Positions 37,533 through 47,500 of a stretch of 64,000 nt of DNA are shown piece by piece. The DNA lies in NCBI GenBank assembly GCA_012519745.1, contig JAAYPO010000068.1, positions 3,154 through 67,153 of the forward strand, read 5' to 3'. Both the position numbers and the translations under genes were made by a program. Each line of letters starts with the position of its first letter. Within the stretch, counting starts at the first letter, position 1. Under the pieces are notes generated by a model, which was not told where the DNA came from, searched no databases, and saw only the letters and a program-made list of their open reading frames with translations. The DNA comes from Clostridiaceae bacterium (GTDB taxonomy: Bacteria > Bacillota > Clostridia > Acetivibrionales > DTU013).

Positions 37533-39764
37533 ATGAATAAAACAGGCTGCAAGGATGTGCTTCAGCATGATTCCAAGCTTCTGACCACACTGTTGGACGT
37601 TTCCAACCTAGTTTCCTCCACGATGGAGCTCAGAGCGCTGCTTGAAGCCATTCTGGACAAACTCAGGACCATAATTGAGTATAGTAATGCAAAGATCTTC
37701 ATTTCAGAAGGCGAGTATGGCAGGGTGATAGCACACAGATCCGTCCTAAAGCCTTCCCAGGAGGCTTCTTATACGCTGCCCCTCGGGAGGGATATGCTGC
37801 TGGGCAGAGAGCCAATGGTTATAGATGATATCCGATCGGACAGCGCGCTGGCTGTCACTTTCAGAAAAAACATGCATGAATATATGGATACGGTCTTTGG
37901 TGAAACCAGATGCTGGATGAGCCTGCCCATGGTGTTCAAGGATAGTGTTATCGGTATATTGACCCTGGACCATAATGAAGCGGGATACTATAAAGCACAT
38001 CATGTGGAGCTCGGGACCGCATTTGCCAACCAGGCGGCCATAGAGTATATGAATGCCAGTCTGTATAATGAGACGGCCAAAAAGGCGGATGAGATAAAAA
38101 CCCTATTCAGTATACAGCAGGCAATAACCAGCCGCCTGGAGCTTGATTCGGTGCTTCGGCTCATCGCAGGCGAAGCCAAAAGACTGACTTATTCAAATTC
38201 CACGGCTGTCTTCCTGGTAGAAGGAGAAGATCTGGTGCTGTCGATATATGCGGGAGATGACCTCGAGGGCCTGACAGGACTGAAGATACCTATAAGAGGT
38301 TCGGCCATGGGAGAGAGCTTACACCTCCGTGAGTCCGTCATTATGAAGAGGTCACAGCTGGAGATGATGCCGGAGAACATACTCATCGATGCCACTGCCA
38401 TGAGCACCTGCATGCTGGTCCCCTTACTGGCGGGTTCAAGGCCTGTGGGTGTAATTGCCGCCTTCAGCAGATCAGTGAGTGAGTTTGACTCAGAGGATGA
38501 GAGAATATTCAACATGTTTGCGCCAAGTGCAGTGATCGGGATAGAAAATGCAAGACTGTACCAGGAGGAAAAAAGAAGGCTGCAGGAAAATGAACAAAGA
38601 AGGCTTGTGGCCGAAGGTCTTAAGGATATACTCAGGGCGTTGAATTCAAACAGGTCCCTGGAAGATATACTCGGCTTTATCATCAAAGAGGCGTCACGGC
38701 TTCTGCACACTGACGCAGCCGCGCTTTTCAGGCTGGATGCCAGCAAGAGCGGGCTCAATCTCGTAGCTTCATGCGGATTGCCGCATTTCAATGAAATAGA
38801 CAGCGAAGTCGACGTAGGGGCGGATATACTGAAAAAAGCGTTTATTGAAAGAAGGCCTTTAGTAAAGACCGATATGAGAGATATAGTACTGCCGCAGGAC
38901 GCTCACCCACTGATGGAAGTGCACTTCAAATGGATCAGGGACAATTGCAGCAGCATGATGGCTGTACCCCTGGTGTGCAAGGATGAAGTGTATGGCGGGA
39001 TCATACTGTATTTCCACCATGAAAGGTCCGGTGACCGGGCTTCACTAAGGGAGGATATCAGTCTTGCCATGACATTTGCCGACCAGGCTGCGTTGGCGAT
39101 CGATAATACGAGGTTGAAAAAGCAGGCAGAGGAGACGGCAGTCATTGCAGAGAGAAACAGGCTCGCCCGTGATCTGCACGATGCTGTGACCCAGACATTG
39201 TTTTCGGCAAGCCTGATAGCGGAAGTGGTGCCGCGGATATGGAACCGCAGCCATGAGGAAGGCATGAAGCGGCTCAATGAGCTGAAACAGCTGACCCGGG
39301 GCGCGCTGGCTGAAATGAGGACCCTTTTGTTTGAGCTTCGCCCTGCAACTCTGGAGGAAGCGCCTCTTGAGGAGCTGCTGAAGCAGTTGAGCGAGGCGGT
39401 CACGGGCCGGGCAAGGATCCCTGTGAAGCTTGACTTCAAGGGGACCTCAAAGCTTCCGGCCGATGTGAAGATAGTATTTTACCGTGTGGCCCAGGAGGCA
39501 CTGAACAATATATCAAAGCATTCAGGTGCTAAAAACGCGGTGCTGGAGCTTAATATAAACGAAGACAAGCAGCTGGATATCATCGTTGCCAGCCTTAACG
39601 TGACCGATGACGGGAATGGATTTGATCCCGGCAAGGTCACTTCCGGACATTTTGGCCTGAGCATAATGAAGGAACGTGCAGAGACAGTGGGAGCTGTGCT
39701 TAAGGTCAGGTCGGAGATGGGGCAGGGGACAGCTGTGGAGCTCCAGTGGGTGGGGAATAAATAA
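37533..39764 (+). CDS. cytoplasmic multi-GAF sensor histidine kinase (HisKA_3 / NarX-DegS type)
   Basis: 743 aa with no TM segment. About 540 aa of repeated GAF-like modules. HisKA_3 H-box ERNRLARDLHDAVTQTLF. HATPase blocks ALNNISKHSGA, DDGNGFD, GHFGLSIM. Confidence 0.85.
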   Translation: MNKTGCKDVLQHDSKLLTTLLDVSNLVSSTMELRALLEAILDKLRTIIEYSNAKIFISEGEYGRVIAHRSVLKPSQEASYTLPLGRDMLLGREPMVIDDIRSDSALAVTFRKNMHEYMDTVFGETRCWMSLPMVFKDSVIGILTLDHNEAGYYKAHHVELGTAFANQAAIEYMNASLYNETAKKADEIKTLFSIQQAITSRLELDSVLRLIAGEAKRLTYSNSTAVFLVEGEDLVLSIYAGDDLEGLTGLKIPIRGSAMGESLHLRESVIMKRSQLEMMPENILIDATAMSTCMLVPLLAGSRPVGVIAAFSRSVSEFDSEDERIFNMFAPSAVIGIENARLYQEEKRRLQENEQRRLVAEGLKDILRALNSNRSLEDILGFIIKEASRLLHTDAAALFRLDASKSGLNLVASCGLPHFNEIDSEVDVGADILKKAFIERRPLVKTDMRDIVLPQDAHPLMEVHFKWIRDNCSSMMAVPLVCKDEVYGGIILYFHHERSGDRASLREDISLAMTFADQAALAIDNTRLKKQAEETAVIAERNRLARDLHDAVTQTLFSASLIAEVVPRIWNRSHEEGMKRLNELKQLTRGALAEMRTLLFELRPATLEEAPLEELLKQLSEAVTGRARIPVKLDFKGTSKLPADVKIVFYRVAQEALNNISKHSGAKNAVLELNINEDKQLDIIVASLNVTDDGNGFDPGKVTSGHFGLSIMKERAETVGAVLKVRSEMGQGTAVELQWVGNK

Positions 39765-39798
39765 TGCTGCTGAATCAAAGTAGAGAGGTGAAGATATT

Positions 39799-40431
39799 AT
39801 GAGCGGCACGATCAGAATAATGATAGCTGATGATCACAGTGTTGTCAGAAGTGGTCTCGGAGCGTTTTTGCAGGTGTTTGACGACTTTGAACTGGTGGGT
39901 GAGGCCTCAAACGGAAAGGAAGCTGTGGAAGTCTGCGGGACATGTGATCCCGACGTGATCCTGATGGATCTGGTGATGCCGGTGATGGATGGAGCCCAGG
40001 CAACGAAGGAGATCAGGGAGCATTATCCTGATGTGCAGGTGATAGTTCTGACCAGCTTCAAGGAGGATGATCTGATCGAGGGGGCTCTGCAGGCAGGGGC
40101 AATAGGCTATCTGCTCAAAAACGTGTCCGCCGATGAGCTTGCTCAGGCGATACGCTCCGCCAGCATCGGGCGCCCGACCCTTGCACCGGAAGCGACACAG
40201 GCATTGATTAAGGCTACGGGCCGAAAGAAATCCGGCGGTGATGAGCTGACAGCCAGGGAGAAGGAGGTCCTGAAAATGATGTCAGACGGACTGAGTAATC
40301 CTGAGATAGCAAAAACCCTAATCATCAGCAGATCCACTGTAAAATTCCATGTCAGCAGCATTTTGTCGAAGCTTGAGGCGTCCAGCAGGACCGAAGCTGT
40401 TTCAATAGCGCTGCAGAGGAAACTGATATAA
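39799..40431 (+). CDS. NarL/FixJ-family response regulator (REC + LuxR-type HTH)
   Basis: 210 aa. [29 protein letters not shown]-terminal [40 protein letters not shown]. Confidence 0.92.
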   Translation: MSGTIRIMIADDHSVVRSGLGAFLQVFDDFELVGEASNGKEAVEVCGTCDPDVILMDLVMPVMDGAQATKEIREHYPDVQVIVLTSFKEDDLIEGALQAGAIGYLLKNVSADELAQAIRSASIGRPTLAPEATQALIKATGRKKSGGDELTAREKEVLKMMSDGLSNPEIAKTLIISRSTVKFHVSSILSKLEASSRTEAVSIALQRKLI

Positions 40432-40497
40432 GTCTGCCGGCATATGGGACCTGGTCAACCGGCCAGGTAGAAAACCGGCCATAAGGACATAAATAAT

Positions 40498-40533
40498 CCC
40501 CCCATCTGATTGAAGTCAGGATGGGGTTTTTTT
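40498..40533 (+). terminator. Rho-independent terminator after the NarL-type regulator
   Basis: CCCCATCTGA, a loop and TCAGGATGGGG, followed by TTTTTTTAT. Confidence 0.7.
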
Positions 40534-40596
40534 ATTACAATTTAATAGAGAGTACAATTGCAGACATTTTGCCTGTTGTGTTATGAGGTGGTTGGA

Positions 40597-40947
40597 TTGA
40601 AGATATTGATCGCTGACGACCAATCTGAGGTTAGGTATGCGTTAAGGGTGTTGTTTGAGCAGCAGGACCGATTTTTTGTGGTCGATGAAGCCTGGGATAT
40701 GGACAGCCTTTTTTCGAAGGTCGGGAGGGGAAAGCCTGACCTTCTTCTGCTGGACTGGGAGCTGTCAAACCGTGGTATGGCCATTGCCGCAGCGCGGATC
40801 AGGGAGTTGGTGCCCGGTATGGGCATCATAGCCCTCAGCAGCCGTCCGGAGGCTGAAAAAAACGCAATAGCGGCGGGTGTGGACGCTTTTGTCAGTAAGG
40901 GCGACAATCCCGACAAGCTGCTTTCCACGATCAACTCACTGGGATAG
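40597..40947 (+). CDS. orphan single-domain response-regulator receiver
   Basis: From ORF 40558..40947. TTG 40597 is preferred (GAGGTGG RBS 8 nt upstream), giving MKILIADDQSE. Acceptor Asp in LLLLDWEL, IALSS, FVSKG. Confidence 0.7.
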   Translation: MKILIADDQSEVRYALRVLFEQQDRFFVVDEAWDMDSLFSKVGRGKPDLLLLDWELSNRGMAIAAARIRELVPGMGIIALSSRPEAEKNAIAAGVDAFVSKGDNPDKLLSTINSLG

Positions 40948-41138
40948 TACCTGGCCGGAAGGCCAGTACCTTACTGAACAAGTGGACTGTAAAAATATCC
41001 ATCAAATGGACTGGTAAAAATCTGTTCATTTGACTGATGTATATACAAGGGATTAAAAATATAATAGACGGTGTAGAGAGAAATTGCATTCCCAGGACCG
41101 ATCCTAAGGAGTGCGGAGTAATTATCGGAGGTGATCCA

Positions 41139-41681
41139 ATGGAAAGAACAGATTCCGTATTGGTTTCAAGATGCTTGAATGGGGACAACGAAGCCTTTGC
41201 AGAGTTGATTTCAAGATACAAGAGACTGATCTACTCAGTTGCCTATAAGTTTTCAAAGGACAATGAAGAAGTAAATGATATGGCACAGGAAGCATTCATC
41301 AAGATTTACAGGTCGCTCTCCAGATACGATGATCAATACAAGTTTTCGACCTGGAGCGTCAAGGTCGCCACCAATATATGCCTTGATCATGTAAGGCGCA
41401 AAAAGATCAACCTGGTTGCTCTTGAAGAGGTGGAAAATTTCACAGGTACATCCAACTCGCCGGAGGAATACTATCTGAGGAAGGAAAAGTCCCAGGTGCT
41501 GAAGGATGCCATAGATGAGCTTCCCGAAATATACAGGGTGCCTATCGTTATGTACCACCAGAAGGGAATGTCCTACAAAGAGATCGCAGAGCATCTTGAC
41601 AAGCCGATGTCCATCATCAAGAACAGGATCTTCAGGGCGAGGAACACACTGAAGCAAAATCTCGCAGGCGCCGTAATGTAG
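41139..41681 (+). CDS. ECF-type sigma-70 family RNA polymerase sigma factor
   Basis: From ORF 41037..41681, with the start moved to ATG 41139 (GGAGGTGA RBS). Region 2: AFAELISRYKRLIYSVAYKF..AQEAFIKIYRSL..FSTWSVKVATNICLDHVRR. Region 4: LPEIYRVPIVMYHQKGMSYKEIAEHLDKPMSIIKNRIFRAR. Confidence 0.88.
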   Translation: MERTDSVLVSRCLNGDNEAFAELISRYKRLIYSVAYKFSKDNEEVNDMAQEAFIKIYRSLSRYDDQYKFSTWSVKVATNICLDHVRRKKINLVALEEVENFTGTSNSPEEYYLRKEKSQVLKDAIDELPEIYRVPIVMYHQKGMSYKEIAEHLDKPMSIIKNRIFRARNTLKQNLAGAVM

Positions 41682-41723
41682 ACCCTGACAACGCGCCGTA
41701 TTATTTCATGATAACACCCTCCA

Positions 41724-41782
41724 AAAACAGCGGAGCCGGTCCGGCAGTTCACAATCATGGACCGCCGACGCTGTTTTATTTT
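41724..41782 (+). terminator. probable terminator after the sigma-factor gene
   Basis: Imperfect long hairpin AAAACAGCGGAGCCGGTCC..GGACCGCCGACGCTGTTTTATTTT. Confidence 0.4.
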
Positions 41783-41815
41783 CCCCGGATGCAGAGATGC
41801 CGATAACTTAAGTTC

Positions 41816-41844
41816 TTGACTATCATTATCGTGCTAATTATAAT
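41816..41844 (+). promoter_or_regulatory. sigma-A-type promoter for the YiiX-like gene
   Basis: TTGACT, a 17-nt spacer and TATAAT. Confidence 0.6.
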
Positions 41845-41889
41845 GATGAGGTACGGCAACAATATGTCAACTTACGTGGGGGTATGCGG

Positions 41890-42450
41890 ATGAAGAGCAT
41901 ATATATTGTGTTGACAGCTACCGGTACTCTTTTTTCAAGGTGTATCGGCCTGTATACAAAAGCAAGGTACAATCATGTGTCTCTGTGTCTGGATTCCAAG
42001 ATCCACGAGTTTTACAGCTTCGGCAGAAAGATCAGATGGTTCCCGCTCTATGGGGGATTTGTTATAGAACACACCGACAGCGGTATGTTCAAGGCCTTCG
42101 GGAACACGATGTGTGCCATATACAGACTGGATATAGAGGATTACAAATTCCGGTCTCTGGAGCAGGACGTGGCCGGCTTCATAAAAAACAGAAGAATGTA
42201 CGGATACAACCTCCTGGGGCTATTTGGAGTAATGATGAACAGACCTTTGAAAAGAAGGAACAAGTTTTTCTGCACACAGTTTGTTGCCACGATGCTGGCA
42301 GATAACGGGATATATGATTTTGGAAAGGATCTGTCACTGGTCACGCCCCAGGATTTTTATGGGATACCGGACCTGATGCCTGTATATGAGGGAAAGCTGT
42401 CAGAGTTGGGCAGAGTTATGCCGCTGGGCACTATAACTGCAAATATTTGA
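41890..42450 (+). CDS. YiiX/DUF830-like permuted papain-fold (NlpC/P60 superfamily) protein
   Basis: From ORF 41884..42450. ATG 41890 is preferred (GGGGG 7 nt upstream). The pattern ARYNHVSL...FFCTQFVATML recalls the permuted His...Cys arrangement of the YiiX family, from memory. Confidence 0.45.
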   Translation: MKSIYIVLTATGTLFSRCIGLYTKARYNHVSLCLDSKIHEFYSFGRKIRWFPLYGGFVIEHTDSGMFKAFGNTMCAIYRLDIEDYKFRSLEQDVAGFIKNRRMYGYNLLGLFGVMMNRPLKRRNKFFCTQFVATMLADNGIYDFGKDLSLVTPQDFYGIPDLMPVYEGKLSELGRVMPLGTITANI

Positions 42451-42460
42451 AATGTATATA

Positions 42461-42500
42461 AAAGGGGCTGTCTCAAAATGAACTATGAGACAGCCCCTTT
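42461..42500. terminator. bidirectional Rho-independent terminator between convergent genes
   Basis: Perfect 15-bp stem AAAGGGGCTGTCTCA / TGAGACAGCCCCTTT with a 10-nt loop. A/T runs lie on both sides. Confidence 0.8.
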
Positions 42501-42509
42501 CACCTTTTT

Positions 42510-43286
42510 CTAGTATACGAACACCATGCGGCCGATCCATGCTTTAACGGGCTTTGACCAAAGCCATTTGTTGGTGGCGCTGTCATCAAAGTAGAAGAGA
42601 GCGCCGTTACTCGGGTCATTGCCTTTCAGTGCTTCGAGGGCGGCATTCCTGTCCTGCTGTGACGCGGGTTTTTTGATCATTCCGTTTTTGACAGGCGTAA
42701 ATTGATAATACCCATTGCTGCTGATTTCATATATAACGGATGATATTGTGTTTGGGAACAGATCGCTCTTTATCCTGTTCACTATTACCGCTGCGACACC
42801 GACTTTTGCTGCATATGGTTCACTTTCAGCTTCTGCCCTTACTAGTCTGGCCAGCAGATCGAGCTCTGCCTCAGTATACGATATGACAGCTTTACTGCTG
42901 TTTGTTGACGAATTCGTGCCGGCGGCCATACCTGGAATATTCAGCTGCTGTCCGGGATATATCATGTCATCCCATTTGTTGTTTGCCTTTCTCAGCTGAG
43001 CTAAAGAAATACCATACTTGCCTGCTATGATGCTCAGTGTTTCTCCGCTTTTTACCGTATGGCTCCGGGCCCTTACATAAAGCTTCTGACCGGGATAGAT
43101 CGTATCGCCGGACAGCTTGTTGTCCGATTTTATCACCGTGTAAGATGTGTTGAACATCTGTCCGATGATGTACAGCGAGTCGTTGCGCTGTACCGTGTAG
43201 CTTGCACCAAAGGCAGCCTGGGCTGTCAGTACAACAGATAAAACGACACCGGCAGTCAATGCCGCTGCTTTTTTGAATAATTTCAT
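42510..43286 (-). CDS. secreted cell-wall hydrolase: signal peptide + 2x LysM + SleB/CwlJ-type Hydrolase_2 domain
   Basis: N-terminal signal sequence MKLFKKAAALTAGVVLSVVLTAQAAFG. Two LysM repeats (YTVQRNDSLYIIGQMF.. and HTVKSGETLSIIAGKY..). Hydrolase_2 block LLARLVRAEAESEPYAAKVGVAAVIVNRIKS..YQFTPV. Confidence 0.85.
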   Translation of the reverse strand: MKLFKKAAALTAGVVLSVVLTAQAAFGASYTVQRNDSLYIIGQMFNTSYTVIKSDNKLSGDTIYPGQKLYVRARSHTVKSGETLSIIAGKYGISLAQLRKANNKWDDMIYPGQQLNIPGMAAGTNSSTNSSKAVISYTEAELDLLARLVRAEAESEPYAAKVGVAAVIVNRIKSDLFPNTISSVIYEISSNGYYQFTPVKNGMIKKPASQQDRNAALEALKGNDPSNGALFYFDDSATNKWLWSKPVKAWIGRMVFVY

Positions 43287-43297
43287 TTTTCCCCCTT

Positions 43298-43452
43298 TTC
43301 GCCTCCGAGGTTAGTTTTCGGGTTCGGGTCGAGGTAACCCTGCTCAAAATGAGATTCACCCACTGGACTTATCGGTGCATGAGGACATTCCCATGCTTAC
43401 CGGTCCCGGTATTGCTTGTCCCCCGTACTCTCTTCGAGATTCGGCTTTTTAT
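43298..43452 (-). promoter_or_regulatory. c-di-AMP riboswitch (ydaO/yuaA class) in the 5' leader of the LysM/SleB-type hydrolase
   Basis: The minus-strand RNA carries these blocks in order: GCCGAAUC, GUACGGGGGACAA, GUGGGUGAAUC, GAGCAGGG, ACCCGAACCCGAAAACUAACCUCGGAGGC. They match recalled B. subtilis ydaO blocks GCUUAAUC, GAGCGGGGGACCCA, GGGGUGAAUC, GGUAGGG and ACCCGAACCCGUCAGCUAACCUCGUAAGCG. The element ends about 12 nt before the GGGGG RBS. Confidence 0.8.
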
Positions 43453-43685
43453 TTTTGGCAGCGCCTCTTCCTCTTTCACTGCTAACTGTGATAATTAATG
43501 AAGCGCCGGTCTTATGTCAACATGTATTCTAACAGAGGAGCTTATGCTTTTCCATGATACATTTCTGGCAGAAGTGGTAGTATAATGGAGAAAGAGATAA
43601 TGATTTTCAGGAGACATTCCTTTGCTTTTGAAGCAGCTTCCCTTGCACAGGAGTGTCCCCTTACCGAATGAGGTTGATAAGATAT

Positions 43686-44474
43686 ATGTATGGATTGGTG
43701 CTGGAAGGCGGAGGCGGCAGGGGAGCGTACCAGATAGGTGCCTGCAGGGCCATAAGCGAAATGGGGCTGGAGATCTCAATGGTGGCGGGTACATCGGTGG
43801 GAGCCCTCAATGGAGCTATGATCGTGCAGGGGGATGTAGAAAAGGCCTATGATATATGGTACGATCTGGAGCCGAACAATGTAATAAAGATGGCAGATTT
43901 TTATCTGGAGGGCTATGTGGACCATGGCTTCAGGCCCGATGCAATGAAGAGCTTTATCCGCAGGGTAAAAAAGGTGATAGCAGAGGGAGGTCTGGATGTA
44001 GAGCCTCTGGAGAAAATGGTGAAGGGCGTGCTGGATGAGGAGAGGATACGCAGGTCATCGACAGGTTTTGGAGTGGTGACTGTTGACCTGACTGAAAGAA
44101 AGGCTGTGGAAATCTACAAGGAGGATATTCCAAAGGGGCAGCTTGTCGATTATGTCATAGCCAGTGCGAGCTTTCCTGCCTTCAAAAGAGCCATCATAGA
44201 CGGCAGGGCATTCATAGATGGTGCACTGTATAATAATCTTCCCATAAACATGGTAAGTGACAGGGGACTGAAGGACATCATCGTTCTGCGCACTTACGGC
44301 ATGGGTATAAAGAGGCGTGTAGATACGAGAGGGCTGAACATTATAAGCATATTGCCCTCGGAAAGTCTGAGCTCTACCCTGGACTTCAGCAACAGGTCCG
44401 CAAGGAAAAACCTGAAGCTTGGGTACGAGGATGCCTGCAGAGTGTTGGAAAATCACTTCCGGCAAGGGGCGTAA
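43686..44474 (+). CDS. patatin-like phospholipase
   Basis: From ORF 43653..44474; the start is uncertain (ATG 43668 or 43686). Oxyanion GGGGRGAYQIG, nucleophile GTSVGA, catalytic Asp in FIDGALYNN. Confidence 0.85.
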   Translation: MYGLVLEGGGGRGAYQIGACRAISEMGLEISMVAGTSVGALNGAMIVQGDVEKAYDIWYDLEPNNVIKMADFYLEGYVDHGFRPDAMKSFIRRVKKVIAEGGLDVEPLEKMVKGVLDEERIRRSSTGFGVVTVDLTERKAVEIYKEDIPKGQLVDYVIASASFPAFKRAIIDGRAFIDGALYNNLPINMVSDRGLKDIIVLRTYGMGIKRRVDTRGLNIISILPSESLSSTLDFSNRSARKNLKLGYEDACRVLENHFRQGA

Positions 44475-44506
44475 AATATCACGGTAAGATTTGGCATCAA
44501 ACATTA

Positions 44507-47500
44507 ATGTCATCGTTTCAGGGTATGCTATATGAACGTAAAAAACATGGAACGGTGATATTTTTTATGATTTTTATTATAGCGACATATGCTGTTTTGG
44601 CAGGTTTGATCGTTTACCTGCTGACAGCACTTCTTTCACAAAGGTCAAAGGTCAACGTGGAGGTAAGGGACACAGCACTTACTGATGAAGAATTGCAGAA
44701 GCATGCCGTCCAGCTGGCAAGGAACCATCCGGTAGGCAGGTCCAGAAGCCTGAGCTGGCTGATACGCCGGCTGAATGACAACTTCGGTCTGATCTCAGAG
44801 GTCCACGGCATGCTCGGCAATGATGCCGGAGACTCATTCCCGACGGCTCCCGCAGCCGAATGGCTCCTTGATAACTTTTATATCATAGAGGAACAGGTAA
44901 AGATCATTAGGAGGAGCTTGTCCAGAGGCAGATATTCAAAACTGCCTGTCCTGACCAAGGGCTTTCTGAAAGGATATCCCAGGGTATATGCCATAGCGCT
45001 TGAAATAGTGGCACATACCAATGGCAACCTTGATGAAAAAAGCATCACATCCTTCATACAGTCGTACCAGTCACAGACACTGCTTTCAATGGGCGAGCTT
45101 TGGGCGGTCCCGCTTATGCTGCGGATCTCGCTTGTGGAAGCAATGCGCAATATCTGTGAAGGTATAAGCTCATCACGACGTGAATGGCATAGAGCCGAAG
45201 CCCTTGCGCAGTCGCTGGGCACTGAAGGAGCAGATGAGCACATGATCGGCGCTGTACTGAGCAGCAGGCTGGATAAAGAAACTGTCACACCGGCTTTTGT
45301 CGAATATCTCATCCGAAGGCTGCGAAAGCAGGGGAAAACATTGTCGACAGTGATCTCCCTTCTCGATCAGCGCCTTGGACTTGAGGGCACATCTACAAGG
45401 GAAATGACAGCCGGCGAGCATCAGGCCCAGGCAGAAATGCAGGTCGCTATCGGAAATTCGATCACCGGACTTCGGCTGATATCGGAATTGGACTGGTCGG
45501 AGCTGTTTGAAGCTCTCAGCAGGGTCGAACAGATCCTAAGGGGTGACCCCGCCGGCATCTACCCTTTGATGGATTTTGAATCCCGGGATTACTACAGGCA
45601 TGAGATCGAAAAAATATCGAGAGCTCTGGGTATCATGGAAACACATGTAGCCGACCAGGCTGTGGAGTGTGCGGAATCGGGGGCAGGTGAAGGGCTCAGC
45701 CCGCAGGATCATGTCGGATTCTATATAGCAGGCATGGGCCGTAAACTGCTACTTGCACGCATCAGTAACATTTCAGGCAGAAAATGGAGGTTATCCATGA
45801 CCTCCTCGTCAAAGCCGAAGGGCCTATATATCGGGATCGTTCTTTTTCTTTTTGTTTTTCTCACAGCATATTTTATGTATTATACAGGTACTCATGATGG
45901 CACACAGTCTGTCTTATGGCCTATTATCACGGCCCTGCTGGTCATTATGCCCTCAAGTGAGCTGGCATTATGTCTGACCAACACGATAGCAGGCTATATT
46001 TGCAGTCCATCCATGCTTCCGAAGCTGGAGTTCAGGAGCGGAATACCTGAAGATAAGGCATCCTTTGTCATAGTGCCGGCGCTGTTGACCAGTCCTGCAA
46101 GGGCAAGGGAGCTTGTAAGCCAGATGGAGGTATGCTATCTGGCCAACAGGGAAGCAAACCTTTTCTTTGCGCTGGTTGGAGATTTCAAGGATGCCGGGTC
46201 TGAAAATATGGATGGTGATGATGAAATAACCCGCTCTGCCATAAGCGGGATAGAAGAGCTGAATGCCAGATATTGTGCACAAGGAGCCGCGATTTTCCAT
46301 TATCTGCACCGCGGCAGGATCTATAACAGTTCTCAGGAAAGATGGATGGGTTGGGAAAGGAAAAGAGGAGCCATCGTTGAATTCAACAGGCTGCTCAGAG
46401 GGAGCCGCGATACGGGGTTTCGTATCATAACACCGGAACTGCCGGCACAGCCTCAAATAAAGTATGTCATTACTCTGGATGCAGATACATGGCTTCCGAT
46501 GGGGGCCGCAAAAAAGCTTATAGGAACGATAGCCCATCCCTTGAACAGGGCTGTGGTCGATGAAACCACCGGCATTGTGAAGGATGGCCATGGAATACTG
46601 CAGCCACGGATCGGTGTAAGCATACCGGGAGCAAACAGATCCTTTTTCACAAAGATATTTGCCGGCCAGGGAGGAATAGATCCATACACCACTGCAGTTT
46701 CGGATATATATCAGGACATATGGGGAGAGGGTATTTTTACCGGTAAAGGCATATATGATGTTGACATATTTGCCCGGGTACTGCATGACAGGATCCCCGA
46801 CAATACCGTACTGAGCCATGACCTTCTGGAGGGCTGCCATCTGAGGGTCGGTCTTGTCAGCGACATAGAGCTTGTGGACGGTTATCCCGGCAGCTACAGA
46901 TCCTTTACTGCCCGTCAGCATAGATGGACAAGGGGTGACTGGCAGCTGCTGCCCTGGCTGGGGCGGTATGTAAGGAAAAGGTCAGGTGAAAAAGTGATCA
47001 ATGACCTCTCTGGATTGTCAAAATGGAAGATTTTTGACAATTTGAGAAGGAGCCTGCTTTATCCGTCCCTTTTCTTTTTGTTCCTGGCAGGGATACTTTT
47101 CCTTCCTGGTGATGTCCTGGTTTGGACGGGGTTTGTGGCGTTTGTTTCCATATCGCCGCTGACAGCCGGCTTTTTGAACTCACTGCTGGCAGGAACCATC
47201 CAGTTCAAATCAGGTAAAACCGACTCTGTAGCCATTTCGGGGATGAAGGCTGCTTTGTACCAATCACTTCTGCTGTTCATGTTTATTCCGTTTCAGACAA
47301 GCCTTATGCTGGATGCCGTCATCCGAACGGTATACAGAGTCATGTACTCCCGCAGGAATATGCTGGAATGGGTGACTGCCGCTGATGCGGAGGCCGGTGC
47401 GGATAACAGCCTGGCCGGTTATTACAAAAAAATGTGGTTTTCAGTCACGGGTGCTGTGATGGTGCTGATTGCTGCTTTTACTGCTTCAAACAAGGCTCTC

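Noticed and set aside
41682-41883. A 32-codon ORF (MITPSKNSGAGPAVHNHGPPTLFYFPRMQRCR) downstream of the ECF sigma gene, considered as a possible mini anti-sigma factor.
   Set aside because: It has no RBS and no hydrophobic or zinc-binding motif, and it spans the predicted terminator hairpin.
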